A stretch of DNA of 63,174 bases, filler included, from Neolecta irregularis DAH-3 (taxonomy: Eukaryota): NCBI GenBank assembly GCA_001929475.1. It is 12 parts of 12 records of this genome, joined end to end, with 100 filler letters (N's around TTAATTAATTAA, not from the genome) between each part and the next. Parts side by side here need not be neighbours in the genome. Positions count along the whole stretch, not along the records: positions 1 to 13,616 come from LXFE01001335.1; 11 more parts are not named here. One strand, given 5' to 3'. The notes beneath the pieces were generated by a model. The model ran no database searches and was not told the origin of the DNA. It worked only from the letters and a program-made list of their open reading frames with translations. This document shows positions 1 to 11,021 of this stretch, piece after piece; position 1 is the stretch's first letter; the number at the start of each line of letters is the position of its first letter. The position numbers were made by a program, and so were the translations under genes.

Positions 1-152
1 GGGCGGCGCCTCTCTACAAGGCGTTGTCGTTGATCAGCAGCAGCGTGGCATCGGGGTAGAGGGAGGGCAGCACTGAGCGGGCCCAGTCTGGGACAGCTTA
101 CATATAAGCGTACGTTGTTCATGGCCTTCTGTATCGCTGCCGGCAGGCCTTC

Positions 153-362
153 TGTAAGCATGCACCTCGGGTAGAGCTTACCATTACGGAAGGAAGGCTT
201 GCAATAATATTGCGGCATTTTAATTTGTATTATATAAAGTAGATAGGCGTTCATTGCCTAGCCGAGTTCAGTCACTCAGGCTGGGTATGTCCGCAGGAGT
301 TCGGTCACTCAGGCTAGTATAATAAACCTGGTCTTATTCGAACTCGAGCTTCAACACTTGCA
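153..362 (+). mobile_element. Solo LTR, family A (210 bp), with perfect 5-bp TSD CCTTC
   Basis: Begins TGTAAG and ends CTTGCA; CCTTC at 148-152 and 363-367; clearly alignable to copies at 45995-46173, 26118-26229 and 63101-63174; short internal tandem duplication (GAGTTC-GTCACTCAGGCT-GTAT x2). Confidence 0.85.
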
Positions 363-744
363 CCTTCTCTTGTTTCCCCAGAGTTCGACCGACCTCGACG
401 TGCCCCCGCCCTCGTGCTCCACAAGAACACTGCCCTCTTTGATCCCTTTCCTCAAAAGGCTCCCTCCACTGGCCCGGGGACCCGCTCTTCATATGTCCCT
501 CTCCAACGGCTGCCGTCCTCGTCTCCCCACACTAGCCTGCACAAGTTCCATAGACTCTATTACACCCTAGACCTCTTAAGACGCAAAATGGTCAATCCCT
601 TCAGTCACATCACTCAGCATGGCGCCTGCCAATCCCTCCTAGAACATCCAGTCAGAAAACACCACCCCTTACCACAACTCCCAGAATTTCCCCACAAAAA
701 GCCCGCAAGTTCACAATGTTGTTGATGAATTCGATCCAGCACGC

Positions 745-1770
745 GGCTATCTAGGACAAACTAGAGAAAGACAAACAAGTGCAATTTCAGAGAAGAGAAC
801 CCGAATTGCAAGATCAAGTCGCTGAAAGAGAATGCGCTGCTCAAGATGGTTGCCCATATGAATTTGGATGCCAGGATCTCGCAGCGCGCAGCAATTCTTG
901 ATGAAAAGAAACGAAAAGCGCAGAAAACATTGCTCAGATAATGGCAAGATTCGCCTCGTGTGGAATTAGTGAAAAATATCAATAAATCCGGTTCACTCTG
1001 GAGAAACTAGAATCTTGAGCAAACTCAAAGATACCTACAACGCACACCAGAAATCAGAGAATGATGAGATGGTAAAGTTGAAGATGGATTTCGCTTTATC
1101 CTCGGAGAACAAATAGTTGAGAGCTACTGTCAAAGATTCATACTCATCGATGTATATCCTTCCTTTATTGCAATATATATCAAGACCCAGGGTGACCACG
1201 TTGCTTTATAACTTGCATGACAAATCATGGATCCCGGACCCTGAAAATTGATGTGAAAGGGTATACTCATATACATTATCTCTTGCTCATTGGATTGTTG
1301 AACTTGAGATATCGCTTGATGAAACAGCGGAACAGTACAATAAAGATATTTGAAATAACAATACCTGCTCCCAACAGAAGAAGATGGCTTTCCTGGAAAC
1401 AATCCTTAAGCAACTTACAAATGTACAAGACAAAAATGATGATCTTCACCAAGTCACTGCTCATACTGTCTAGCTTGTCGAACAAAACTCCTCGCTCAAA
1501 AAAGAAGTTGAAATTACAGAATGAAAGCTTTTCGCTCGAAACGAAAGAATTCAGTCTCTAGAACACCTACTCCAAGATAATCAACACTGGCTCAACTCCA
1601 AACTGTTAAAGAAAGATTAGGACAGTATATCATTCTCGTGGTCTGAATATCATTTTTATTGACAATTTAGCCACTCGAACAAGTTCTAGACTAGTGAACC
1701 ATTTTTCCTTGGCCGGAGCATGAATTGCGAAATCGCTCCAAGGTGGAACAAGTAATGCCAATGAACTGGC
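745..1770 (+). pseudogene. Decayed, internally deleted fragment of conventional kinesin-1 (stalk and tail)
   Basis: Hand translation gives LEKDKQVQFQRREPELQDQVAERE, AAILDEKKRKAQK, EN*CER..VELEISLDETAEQYN, QQKKMAFLE..LVEQNSSLKKEVEITE*KLFARNERIQSLE and GA*IAKSLQGG, matching fungal kinesin-1 motifs including IAK; stops at 1249, 1351, 1522 and 1721. Confidence 0.85.
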
Positions 1771-2272
1771 AAATGGGTATCTCATCAATGTTTTTCAGAA
1801 ACCATTTAGCTGGTGAATGTTGGATAAAGGTGATACTAATGGCTGAATTTCAGTTGAACAGTTTTTTTATACTCTGTGAATATCGCAAGAAAACTTGACC
1901 CGAACGTAACGTCAAATTTGCCAAAATTTCATAATGTTATATTTGGATGAAAATGGTGGCTGCAGAAACACGCTTCCCCAATCAGTATTGGATCCGTCAA
2001 CATACTTCGACGAATATCACAAAATAAATTTGGAATTGTGTGGGGCCGAATAAATTAGAATATGTCGAAATTACCTATCCACAATAAACAATACTCCTGG
2101 AATCTGTGTCATACCTCTCTTACAAACGAAAAGGGGGTGTCTGTACTACGACTAGGCAGAATGGAAATATTTTGAAATCAGCCTATTCAACAGTGGCTGT
2201 TCGGGTAAAGTAGCGAATATAATAACCGAGAGGAAATATAACTGTCATGCCCACCTAGAATCTGTAGTTCCT

Positions 2273-2758
2273 ATGAACATTCTCGCTATCCTCACTAACT
2301 TCGCTTTGACATTCTGCGTTGAAGGGGCCGTACTTCAGATGGTCAACCCTCAATTTATAAAGCCGGATGGAACAGTTCTCCAGCTGGACTGGGATGGTAA
2401 TTATCATTTGATGACTTCGGACTCGTTGCCATCTACGCCGGTCGAGTTTTCATTAGAAAAAGGGCAGTTGTTCATTGATATAAATTGTATAGAAGTCGAC
2501 GCAGCGGGTCAATTGACCTTGACCTTTACTGGCCACTGTAACTACAATGATTTTGGTGATGCGAACTTCGATCTTACACATCACAATATCAAGGGTTTCT
2601 ATATATGCGACGTTTCAAATATCATAACTATGACCTGGTCAGCGGGCTGTCCAACATTGGGTAAGATTGAATATTCCAGTACGTGGAAACCCCTCAACTC
2701 TGAACTGACAGAAAGTGTTTTGATGCAGATGAAGAAAGTATATATACACACCTTGTAA
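2273..2758 (+). CDS. Small secreted Cys-containing protein, intronless (possibly PIR/PhiA-like cell-wall beta domain)
   Basis: 161-aa ORF with hydrophobic N-terminal signal (MNILAILTNFALTFCVEGA), 4 Cys in the mature part, GQL repeats and an FYIC motif. Confidence 0.6.
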   Translation: MNILAILTNFALTFCVEGAVLQMVNPQFIKPDGTVLQLDWDGNYHLMTSDSLPSTPVEFSLEKGQLFIDINCIEVDAAGQLTLTFTGHCNYNDFGDANFDLTHHNIKGFYICDVSNIITMTWSAGCPTLGKIEYSSTWKPLNSELTESVLMQMKKVYIHTL

Positions 2759-2918
2759 GGATATACCCAGTCGGTATACCTTACCAATACAGTAATCAGG
2801 TGGTGGAATAAGTAGCGAGTTACAACACTTGATCACCATATCAATCAAGTCCATTCATATCCTATCCATTCATATCATCAATTCTATCCATATCAATTCT
2901 CAATCATATCAACACCAA

Positions 2919-3470
2919 CTAAAATTCATCCATCCCCCATTGCTCTCTCCTCCTCCGTCTATCGTCCCGAATATCCAACTTTCGTTTTGTCCAACACTTT
3001 TTCACTCTCTCCAAATCCTCCTCCACCTTCTTCACCCGCTCCACGGGTGCAGGAACAACCATCCCTACAAACAACGGGCTACAGCCAAATTTTTTGGCCA
3101 GTGCCCCGCGAGTCCATTTATCTGCATTTGCATTACGAAGCGTTTTCATTTCCTCCATTTGTTTTGGCGTCACATGGTACGATTTTTCCCGGATTTTCCC
3201 CAGCGGAGGCGGTAACCTCTTTGCCGTATCACCTATTATCCCTCCCTTTGCCCTCTTCTCCTTGGGCAGAAATGCGTTGGGCGTCACATAAGGTGAGGGT
3301 GCAGATGCAGGTGGATTATATACTACCCGCACATGTTTGTCCTCATACAATACTGAACCCGGAACTTTTTGTTTATCGTCAAGTAGAGGAAGTTTCTTTT
3401 CTGTCGGGAAATAAATACTGTAGTGCCGTCGAAATTGTGGCGAGACTAGGATTTTTGAAATTTTGAGCAT
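2919..3470 (-). CDS. MRPL20: Mitochondrial large-subunit ribosomal protein L20 (mL58)
   Basis: YNPPASAPSPY..P..FLP and WTRGALAKKFGCSPLFV motifs; ATG at 3470 starts a basic presequence. Confidence 0.85.
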   Translation of the reverse strand: MLKISKILVSPQFRRHYSIYFPTEKKLPLLDDKQKVPGSVLYEDKHVRVVYNPPASAPSPYVTPNAFLPKEKRAKGGIIGDTAKRLPPPLGKIREKSYHVTPKQMEEMKTLRNANADKWTRGALAKKFGCSPLFVGMVVPAPVERVKKVEEDLERVKKCWTKRKLDIRDDRRRRREQWGMDEF

Positions 3471-3544
3471 TGAACGAGGTTGGATTAATATTAATTTTGT
3501 ACACCAAACGAATACGCTTTGATACACCAATATAATACATTTTA

Positions 3545-5428
3545 CTAACACGACGCCAAAAATAATGCCCTTTCGTATTCCTTCAATGCTCGGTCAACAG
3601 CACGCATTGTAGGTTTCAGCTGCTACACATCAGCATTATCAACACAGAAATATACTTCTCGAACTTGATCAGCAAGGTCTCCTGCAGCTATTGCAACAGC
3701 CTCGACTCTTTCTCTAGTTTTTCTCAACACCTTTGCAGTCTCTGCTAATCTCTCGGCAAGACTCGCATCGCCTGACAAGAAATCGTTCCAGAATTGTTTG
3801 AGAAATTCATTCGTCGCATCGTGACAGAGCACCACAGCCCGCGAACTTTCTCCTCCGGCTTGTTGACTTGCTGCCATGACTATTGATTTCTGGATACTAT
3901 CGTTGATATCTTTGAATGCCTGTTTACATCCTTCTGAGTTCTGCAAAATCTCCCTAGTCAGACAGAAATAAAAATAATAGCACCGATTGCAAGTCATGGG
4001 GACATAACAGATCCATTTTCATCTGCCGGATCAGCGGTCGTGGGTCGTAATCGTGTCCTGCAGTCTGAGATTTATCCGAATCAAAGAATTGGCGCTGTTT
4101 TGAAATCGACAGGATGATTCGAGCGTCTACATTATCGTCTTTTAAATCTCCAAGTAATATCTCTTGTAACTTTTCGGCCTGTTGTTCATCAGTACTTTCC
4201 TTGGAAATTATTACGTCAGGATCATGTTCATCATCCGAATCGTTTCTACATATTAGAAAATTTAACCTGGGATTCAAACGTCATTGAAGATCTGAGCATA
4301 TTTTGCGAAAGACGATTTAGTGAACTTAGCGTTTTGATTGTACTAGGCCTCATCGTATGATCTGGTCGGTTTCCTGTATTCATACTTACATTGGCTTCAT
4401 TCCCTTCAATATCAATCAACCGCAAAACTTGTTCCTCCCTCATCAATCTCCGTGCTTCCTCGTCTACACAATAAACTTGAGAAAAAGTGACGGACAAACC
4501 TCGAGCTTGCGCGCCTAGCCATTTATCAAGAACAGAGTCTGATGCATCGTTGCTATGAAATGGCTCCCCTCGTAACTCTTTACATAATTTACTCTGAAAA
4601 AACCGGCTCCAGAATTCTACTTCTTGAAGCTGTAGTCATTAGTACTCGTTTTCACGGTAGAAACACTTGATTTGGAACGACTTGGTCGTATATTGTTTTT
4701 ATAATTGGATGCTGATTAAATACATCCGAAATCTTTTCTCTAGAAAGTGCTATTTCGGCATTATTGTTTTTAGTGCTGATACGTAGCGTCGAAAGGACAT
4801 TATACGGTCCTTTATCCTGTGACCGTTCGAAATCAAAAGCCTGCAACACGTTCTAATAGGTTATTATTAATACGCAAAGCAAACACGTACAATCCTCGTT
4901 CCCCAAAACTGGTCAACTGATAATCCACCTTTAACTACAGTCTCTTGAAATGTAGCGGCTAATTCGGGATATTCAAGGAGTAGCGATTGCTGTAATTCAC
5001 GATCGGAAAGTAATTCTTCTCGAGAATGTAACATGCCCACTTTCTTCTTCGCTTGTAACTTTAAAGCAATAGCATCTCGTAAACCGTCTTTCATTGCAGT
5101 GCAATCCTGACGATTCGTAAAGACAAAGGTATGAGCTGTATTCTCGGATCCGGTTGGGCCTGTAAATACTTTAAGCATCGCCTTGGCTGATTTCTCGGGC
5201 GTGGCTTGCAAGTCTGCCGAAAGGAAACGTTAAACATTGTTCCCAGTCGATATGATACTTTTTATAGTTTGCAGAGGAAACTTTATGGCTGTTGAATGAC
5301 TGGTACTAGGGTTCCAAGATAAATCGTTTTGTGTTATATGTAGGGTTCCCAATAGTAAGTGCGCCGTATATGTAGTTGATACCATTTGATTTTTTATAGC
5401 TTACTGGGATTGAGAGTTGGATTTCCAT
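3545..5428 (-). CDS. TFB1: TFIIH subunit Tfb1/p62, multi-exon
   Basis: PH-domain LQATPEKSAKAMLKVF; BSD domains (QQSLL..FW; GPYNVLSTLR..IFNQHP); C-terminal HDATNEFLKQFW. Confidence 0.88.
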
Positions 5429-5520
5429 GAGGTACTGTTCACCGTGTGGTGGATGAAATAATTGTAAACTCACCGCCATAGTATTGACAACTAGAGACAA
5501 CGACTCACTATTTATCTAAC

Positions 5521-6459
5521 CTATACTTTAATCTGAGCATCGGCAGCCTTTTGTCGCTTCAACTGTTTATCCCGCGATTTTTGTCCAAGAATTCCTCCAC
5601 CCCATTTCCTTCGAGCTTCTTCAAACTTTTCAGTATAATTAGCTCTAACCGCACTGACGAGGCTGGCAAGCTCGTTTTTGTCTTCAGATCGGACTTCAGT
5701 CAATGCGAGTACTGCGCAAGTTTTCTTGTGGACGACAGTTCCGAGCCTGGCTTTTCCTTTTACAATGCTAAAATAGTTAAAAAAGACTTGTCATTTGAGG
5801 GAGATTACCAATAAGGAACTCCCATCTTGCGACAGAGAGCCGGAAGATAGATGACCAGTTCAATAGGATCGACATCGTGTGCAATGACAATGAGATTGGG
5901 TTTTTTGTTTTCGATCAAAGAAACGACGTGGTTCAATCCGTACTTTACAAAGAGCGGCTTCTTATCGCTTGGTTTCCCGCCTTGAGCTTGCTTAAGAAGA
6001 CGTTCTCTCTTGGCTATTTTGGTCTCTGGTCGATATTTGTTGAATAGACGGAAAAGTTGAGTTGCAGTGTTCTTATCAAGCGTCTGTTGAAACTGGGCAA
6101 TCGCAGGAGGAACCTTGAGCCGCATATGCAGAATTTTCTTTTGTCGTTGCAATCGCACATATTCCGGCCACTTTACGAATCTGCTAAGATTTCGCGAGGG
6201 CTGGATACTTTGACCTGAAAATCAGCCCAGGTAGAGTAGCAAGAAAACACACCGATTCCATAGTTTCTTGGAGCATGTTCTGCCAAAGGATTAGACCGTT
6301 TGGAGGATTTTGAAACTCCAGCTTTGGCAGCAGGGAAGGGAGATGGAGCGGGTTTTTTTCCTCTGGGAGGCTATCATTGAGTCAGCTAAAGTCTTTGCAA
6401 GAAGACAGCTGGAGCTCTAAGAGATCCGAAGAACTCAGCCTAAAGTGCAGCAATACCAT
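5521..6459 (-). CDS. RPL8: 60S ribosomal protein eL8 (L7a/L8), multi-exon, ATG-only first exon
   Basis: [53 protein letters not shown]. Confidence 0.95.
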
Positions 6460-6623
6460 TATTTCGTGGTGGTGGTATATTCTGGGTTCAAGCTGATGAA
6501 TTTGTGGTGGTGAGTGCAACCAGAAAGCCAGTCACAGGGGCCTGAAAAACAATCATGGTGAGATCCTAACTCGATGAAATAATCCGGATCTCAAATGTAT
6601 ATCTTGATTCATATATATTTATT

Positions 6624-8456
6624 CTACTGACGATCTCTTTTGCGGGGTGCTGCTCGTAGAATGTTGTCCACGCGGCATATCATCTCTGCTGCTTCAGAGG
6701 CACTAAGAACAACTTGTCTTTTCAGCTTGTAGGACTCGATAATGCCCATTTCCCGCATATCTGCAACTTGCCCATTTTCCAAATCTACAAATGTCAATAT
6801 GCAAGTGACGATGTGTATACCAAGTCCATAAGAACTCATGCCGTTGTAGTGACTTGCACGCAGCCGGGCAACTAGTTCGCTCGAATCAAACCCGGCATTA
6901 TCAGCGAGAATAGTAGGCAACTGGCGCAGTGCTTTTGCAAAAGCATCAATGGCAGCAGCTCGTTTGCCTGCTTCTTTTGCTGCTGCTCCGTCAATGGCTT
7001 TGGACATCAACATTCTACAAATCAGTTGTACTATCGACAACTGCATACTCGGAACATCCACCTCCAAGAACAGTCCGAGTCTCCTTGACCGTCTGGGAAA
7101 GAACAGCAAGAGCATCGTGTAGTGATCGCTCCGCTTCATCTAAAAGCTGCGAAGTTGCTCCTCTCAGGACAACCGTGCAAGCTTCACCCGCTGCTACTCC
7201 TGAGAACTTGATGAGCTATACAAGTGAGTCAATCGTCGAGTAATCCATACTTTGTCCTCTCCAATGATGATTTCTTCAATCAGATCACAGTACCCAAGCT
7301 TGACAAGCTCCGGATGATCAAATGTCGATGCAATCTCTCCACCAGTAACAAGCGACAATCGTTCAATGCCATCAAAATCAGCGTGCTCAATAGACATGAT
7401 CCCAGCATCAGCAAACTGCTGTTCTGGCCAATTGTAAATCAGCTGACGATTCACAAAACAGTTGATTCCAAAAGTCTTGATTTTCTCCACTTTGGCCTTC
7501 ATTTTCTCCCGTTCGGCTCGTTCTAATTCGGCCAGTTTTCCAGTAGCATCAACCCGAACTCGCGCTCCGAAAATCTTGACTTTATCCGTATCCATGGCAG
7601 TATTTGCGACGAGAATCTTTGCATTTTCAATTCGTTTGGGCTGGTTAAGGCCAATCTTTTTGTCAAGAATAAACCCTTCGTCAAGATAAGAGTCTTGCAA
7701 ACGTCCACCTACTTTCTTGATAATTTGAATGTTTTCGAGGTTGTTGTTTCCTTTTAATCGTAAAATAGCATCAACGGCGAGCTTGGAGAATTTCTCCTTG
7801 TCTTGGTTGAGTACTTTTGAGCTTAGCGTGGTTCTCGCAATGCATTCGAGATCTTTTCGGAACTCTTCAGGGTTTTTACTAACCATCAGCGCTTGATAAT
7901 AAAAATCGAGATGCCTGTGGTCCACAGCAGCTCTTTCAAGTGCATCCAACGCAGCCTTGCTAGCAATTCTGTAGCCATCTATTATTGTCTGTGGATGAAT
8001 TCGCAGACCGACTAATCGATCTGCTTCTCGAAGTAATTCCGCAGCCAAAACACAAACACTGGTAGTGCCATCACCAACTTCGTCATCCTGGACTTTGGAC
8101 AGATTGACGAGGACTTTTGCAGCAGCATTGTCAAGTTGAATTGACTTGAGGATCGTAGCACCATCATTGGTCACCATGATATCTCCACTCGAACTTGATT
8201 GCAGAATTTTATCCTCAAAATCAGCTGCTCACGTCGCATGTAAAAATACCATTCCTTTGGGTCCCAAAGTGCTCTTTACGAGGTCACCAATGGCAATAGC
8301 TCCCATAAATGACGACTTTGACATTGAGCAAATTCACAAGCTACATCATACCAATCTAGCATTTTCACTTCTCTCTTCACTGGCCTCCTCATTGAAGATA
8401 TGAAGCGGATTTAAGGACTAGATTTTCAATATTCGGATTTCAAAGAATTATACCAT
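6624..8456 (-). CDS. CCT2: Chaperonin CCT/TRiC subunit beta, multi-exon
   Basis: [43 protein letters not shown]-terminal [12 protein letters not shown]. Confidence 0.96.
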
Positions 8457-8571
8457 GATTGGGAAATGGAGGGTTGATCAAGTCCTCTAAAATCTCTTGC
8501 GACAATTTCAAAGTCCGCTTACCCTACCTCTCATCAACTACTAGAAATTCAAAACCTCAAATATATTTATA

Positions 8572-9211
8572 ATGTACTCGTCGACTTCAAAACCGCGACG
8601 CAGAACTCATGCTGCTTCTCCTCCGCCAGCTATCAGGTCTTCTGCAAGGCATGAGTTGGCCGAAGAGCAGCGGCATGAAATCAAGGAGGCATTTGAATTA
8701 TTTGATACAAATAAGGACGGCGCAATAGATTATCACGAATTGAAGGTAAGACTCTCGACCCTATACCTGGTGCTGATTCGAGGTCGCCATGAGGGCTCTC
8801 GGTTTTGAAGCGAAGAAACCCGAAGTTTTGAAAATCTTGCACGATAATGACCGGACAGGACGCGGAATTATCTCATACGACGATTTCGCACGCGTAAGTG
8901 CGTCTCTTATTTGAAACTAGGATTCTACTGAATGAAAAGTGACCGAGAGAATAGCCGCTCGGAATCCCTTGGACGAAGTACGACGTGCTTTTGCATTGTT
9001 TGATGATGACAATACTGGGACAATTAGTATCCGCAATTTACGACGCGTAGCCAAGGAACTAGGCGAGAACTTGGATGAGGAAGAACTCGAGGCTATGATT
9101 GCCGAGTTTGATCTGGATCAGGATGGCGAAAGTGATTATCTTCTTGTCGTGCTTTACTGACTCATAGTCAATGAAGAGGAATTCATAAAGATAATGACGG
9201 ACGATGATTGA
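8572..9211 (+). CDS. CDC31: Centrin (EF-hand spindle-pole-body protein), 4 exons
   Basis: [58 protein letters not shown]. Confidence 0.93.
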
Positions 9212-9293
9212 TTTACCGAATCTATTGGTGTAAATACCTGTCTTTGTACATTATTCCTATATCATAATAATTACAGCAATAAAAGAACATCCA

Positions 9294-10850
9294 TTATCTT
9301 TGTTCGAGTCTTTTCTGCTCTTCTTTAGCAACTTGATATAGTGCAGATATCATATCAGCAAGCGATAGTCCAGGTTTTTGAATGTACCGTGAAAACGCGA
9401 TTACCGGTAACCCACGTAAAAGTCTTCCACTCATTCCCTGAAATCAGCTTGGTGGCCATATGTCAGGTGCAAAACCTTGCAAATCTCGGATATTCGATAG
9501 AGCTTGGAGCTGTCAGATGCTGGGCACGAATATAGTTTCATAATTGCTTCGGCATAGGTGATGATTTGTTCCTCGTAATCGGTTCATGCTCATTTAGTGA
9601 TATACCTGACTTTCAATGACTCTCGCCCTAGCCAGTTCGTTCAAGCAAGATCGAAGAATAGAGTAAATTGCGGCAAGAGCGGGGTTTCCCACAAAAGATA
9701 CTATTCCAGCTCGATCAATAAACGCTTCATCCATAGCTTCTAAAAGGTTTGATGTTGCCATGACGAGAACATTTGGCTTGGATTTAAGCCGATCAAGTTG
9801 AGTCAAAAGAGCATTGACAACACGTAGAGCATCGCTTGGTTCGCATCCAGAAACAGCGGCTTTTCGAGCACTTACAAGACTCTCGACTTCATCTTGAAAA
9901 TTAGGCGTGATTGCAATATCTTCAAGTGTATACCAATCAAGACGCACACAAAGGAATCCCCATCCTCGACTATTTTAAGAATATCGCCAAATATCTTTCC
10001 TACAAGTTTCCCGCTTTCACTGAAATACTTGCTGAATAATGAATGCACGTTGATTTCAATCAGTTGACTGCGGGGATATCTTTTGGACATTCTGATTGAT
10101 AGCTTTTGAGAGAGTGATTTGCATAGAGATGTCTTTCCAGTGCCTGGAGGACCATGCAGAATAATAAGCCTACTCAGTGAGCAGTATATCCGAGAAATCT
10201 GTTTACCGGTTAAGGGCAATGATATTTTGATCAACACCGTGGTCAGAGAACAGCATGATTGCGTGTATAAAGAGTAAGAGACTCTTTTTCAAATCGTCTT
10301 CAAATATCAACCTGGAATCAGTGTTTGGGTCCAAGAAAATCAAGATTACGTTTCCCATATGCCTTCCAGAATCTCTGACGGAAGGTTTATGATGTTTGCA
10401 GCTGGTGTATCATCTTCGTCCTCGAGATACTCGCTATGGTTTACTATTTTACTGAACTTGTAGATATGAATCTAGCAAGCTAAGCAACCATGACTCGATG
10501 AGAGACTTGCAGACCTCAAGCTCTACTTGGTCCAGCTGCAGCACTTCTTCTAAAGAACCTGGACTCAGATATAATCACAAGATGCGCAGACCCGAAACCT
10601 CTACAACGCGGATATTTTCGATGAATCCGCACAAGGTCTCATGGATATCAAACCCCAAAACATCGCTATCGAGAACTATAACCGAGTAATTATCTACCAT
10701 CCACTGCCTGACATCTTCTCGTATCAGATCGAACCGGCAAGTCGAGTTCTCCTTGAGCAGACACTCAACTTGCAGTCAGTTGTGTTTCAGTTCAAAATTA
10801 CGATGGACAGTAGGCTTACAGACCGCATGAATATGTATTGGATCCGGCAT
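9294..10850 (-). CDS. PCH2: Pachytene checkpoint AAA+ ATPase Pch2/TRIP13, multi-exon
   Basis: [44 protein letters not shown]...[20 protein letters not shown]; an alternative in-frame ATG lies at 10901. Confidence 0.93.
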
Positions 10851-11021
10851 TTGAAGGTCTTTTTGATACTTTGCAGGGATTGTTGGCGATAAAAGGCACA
10901 TATTGCACTATTTCTTTAATTTAAAACTGAATATTAATCGGCGTCATTAGAGGACAGGAGTTGGTTGATCTGCTTGTATATTTGACTTTTGCCACACCGA
11001 TCAACCAAAGTGCGGTTTTCG

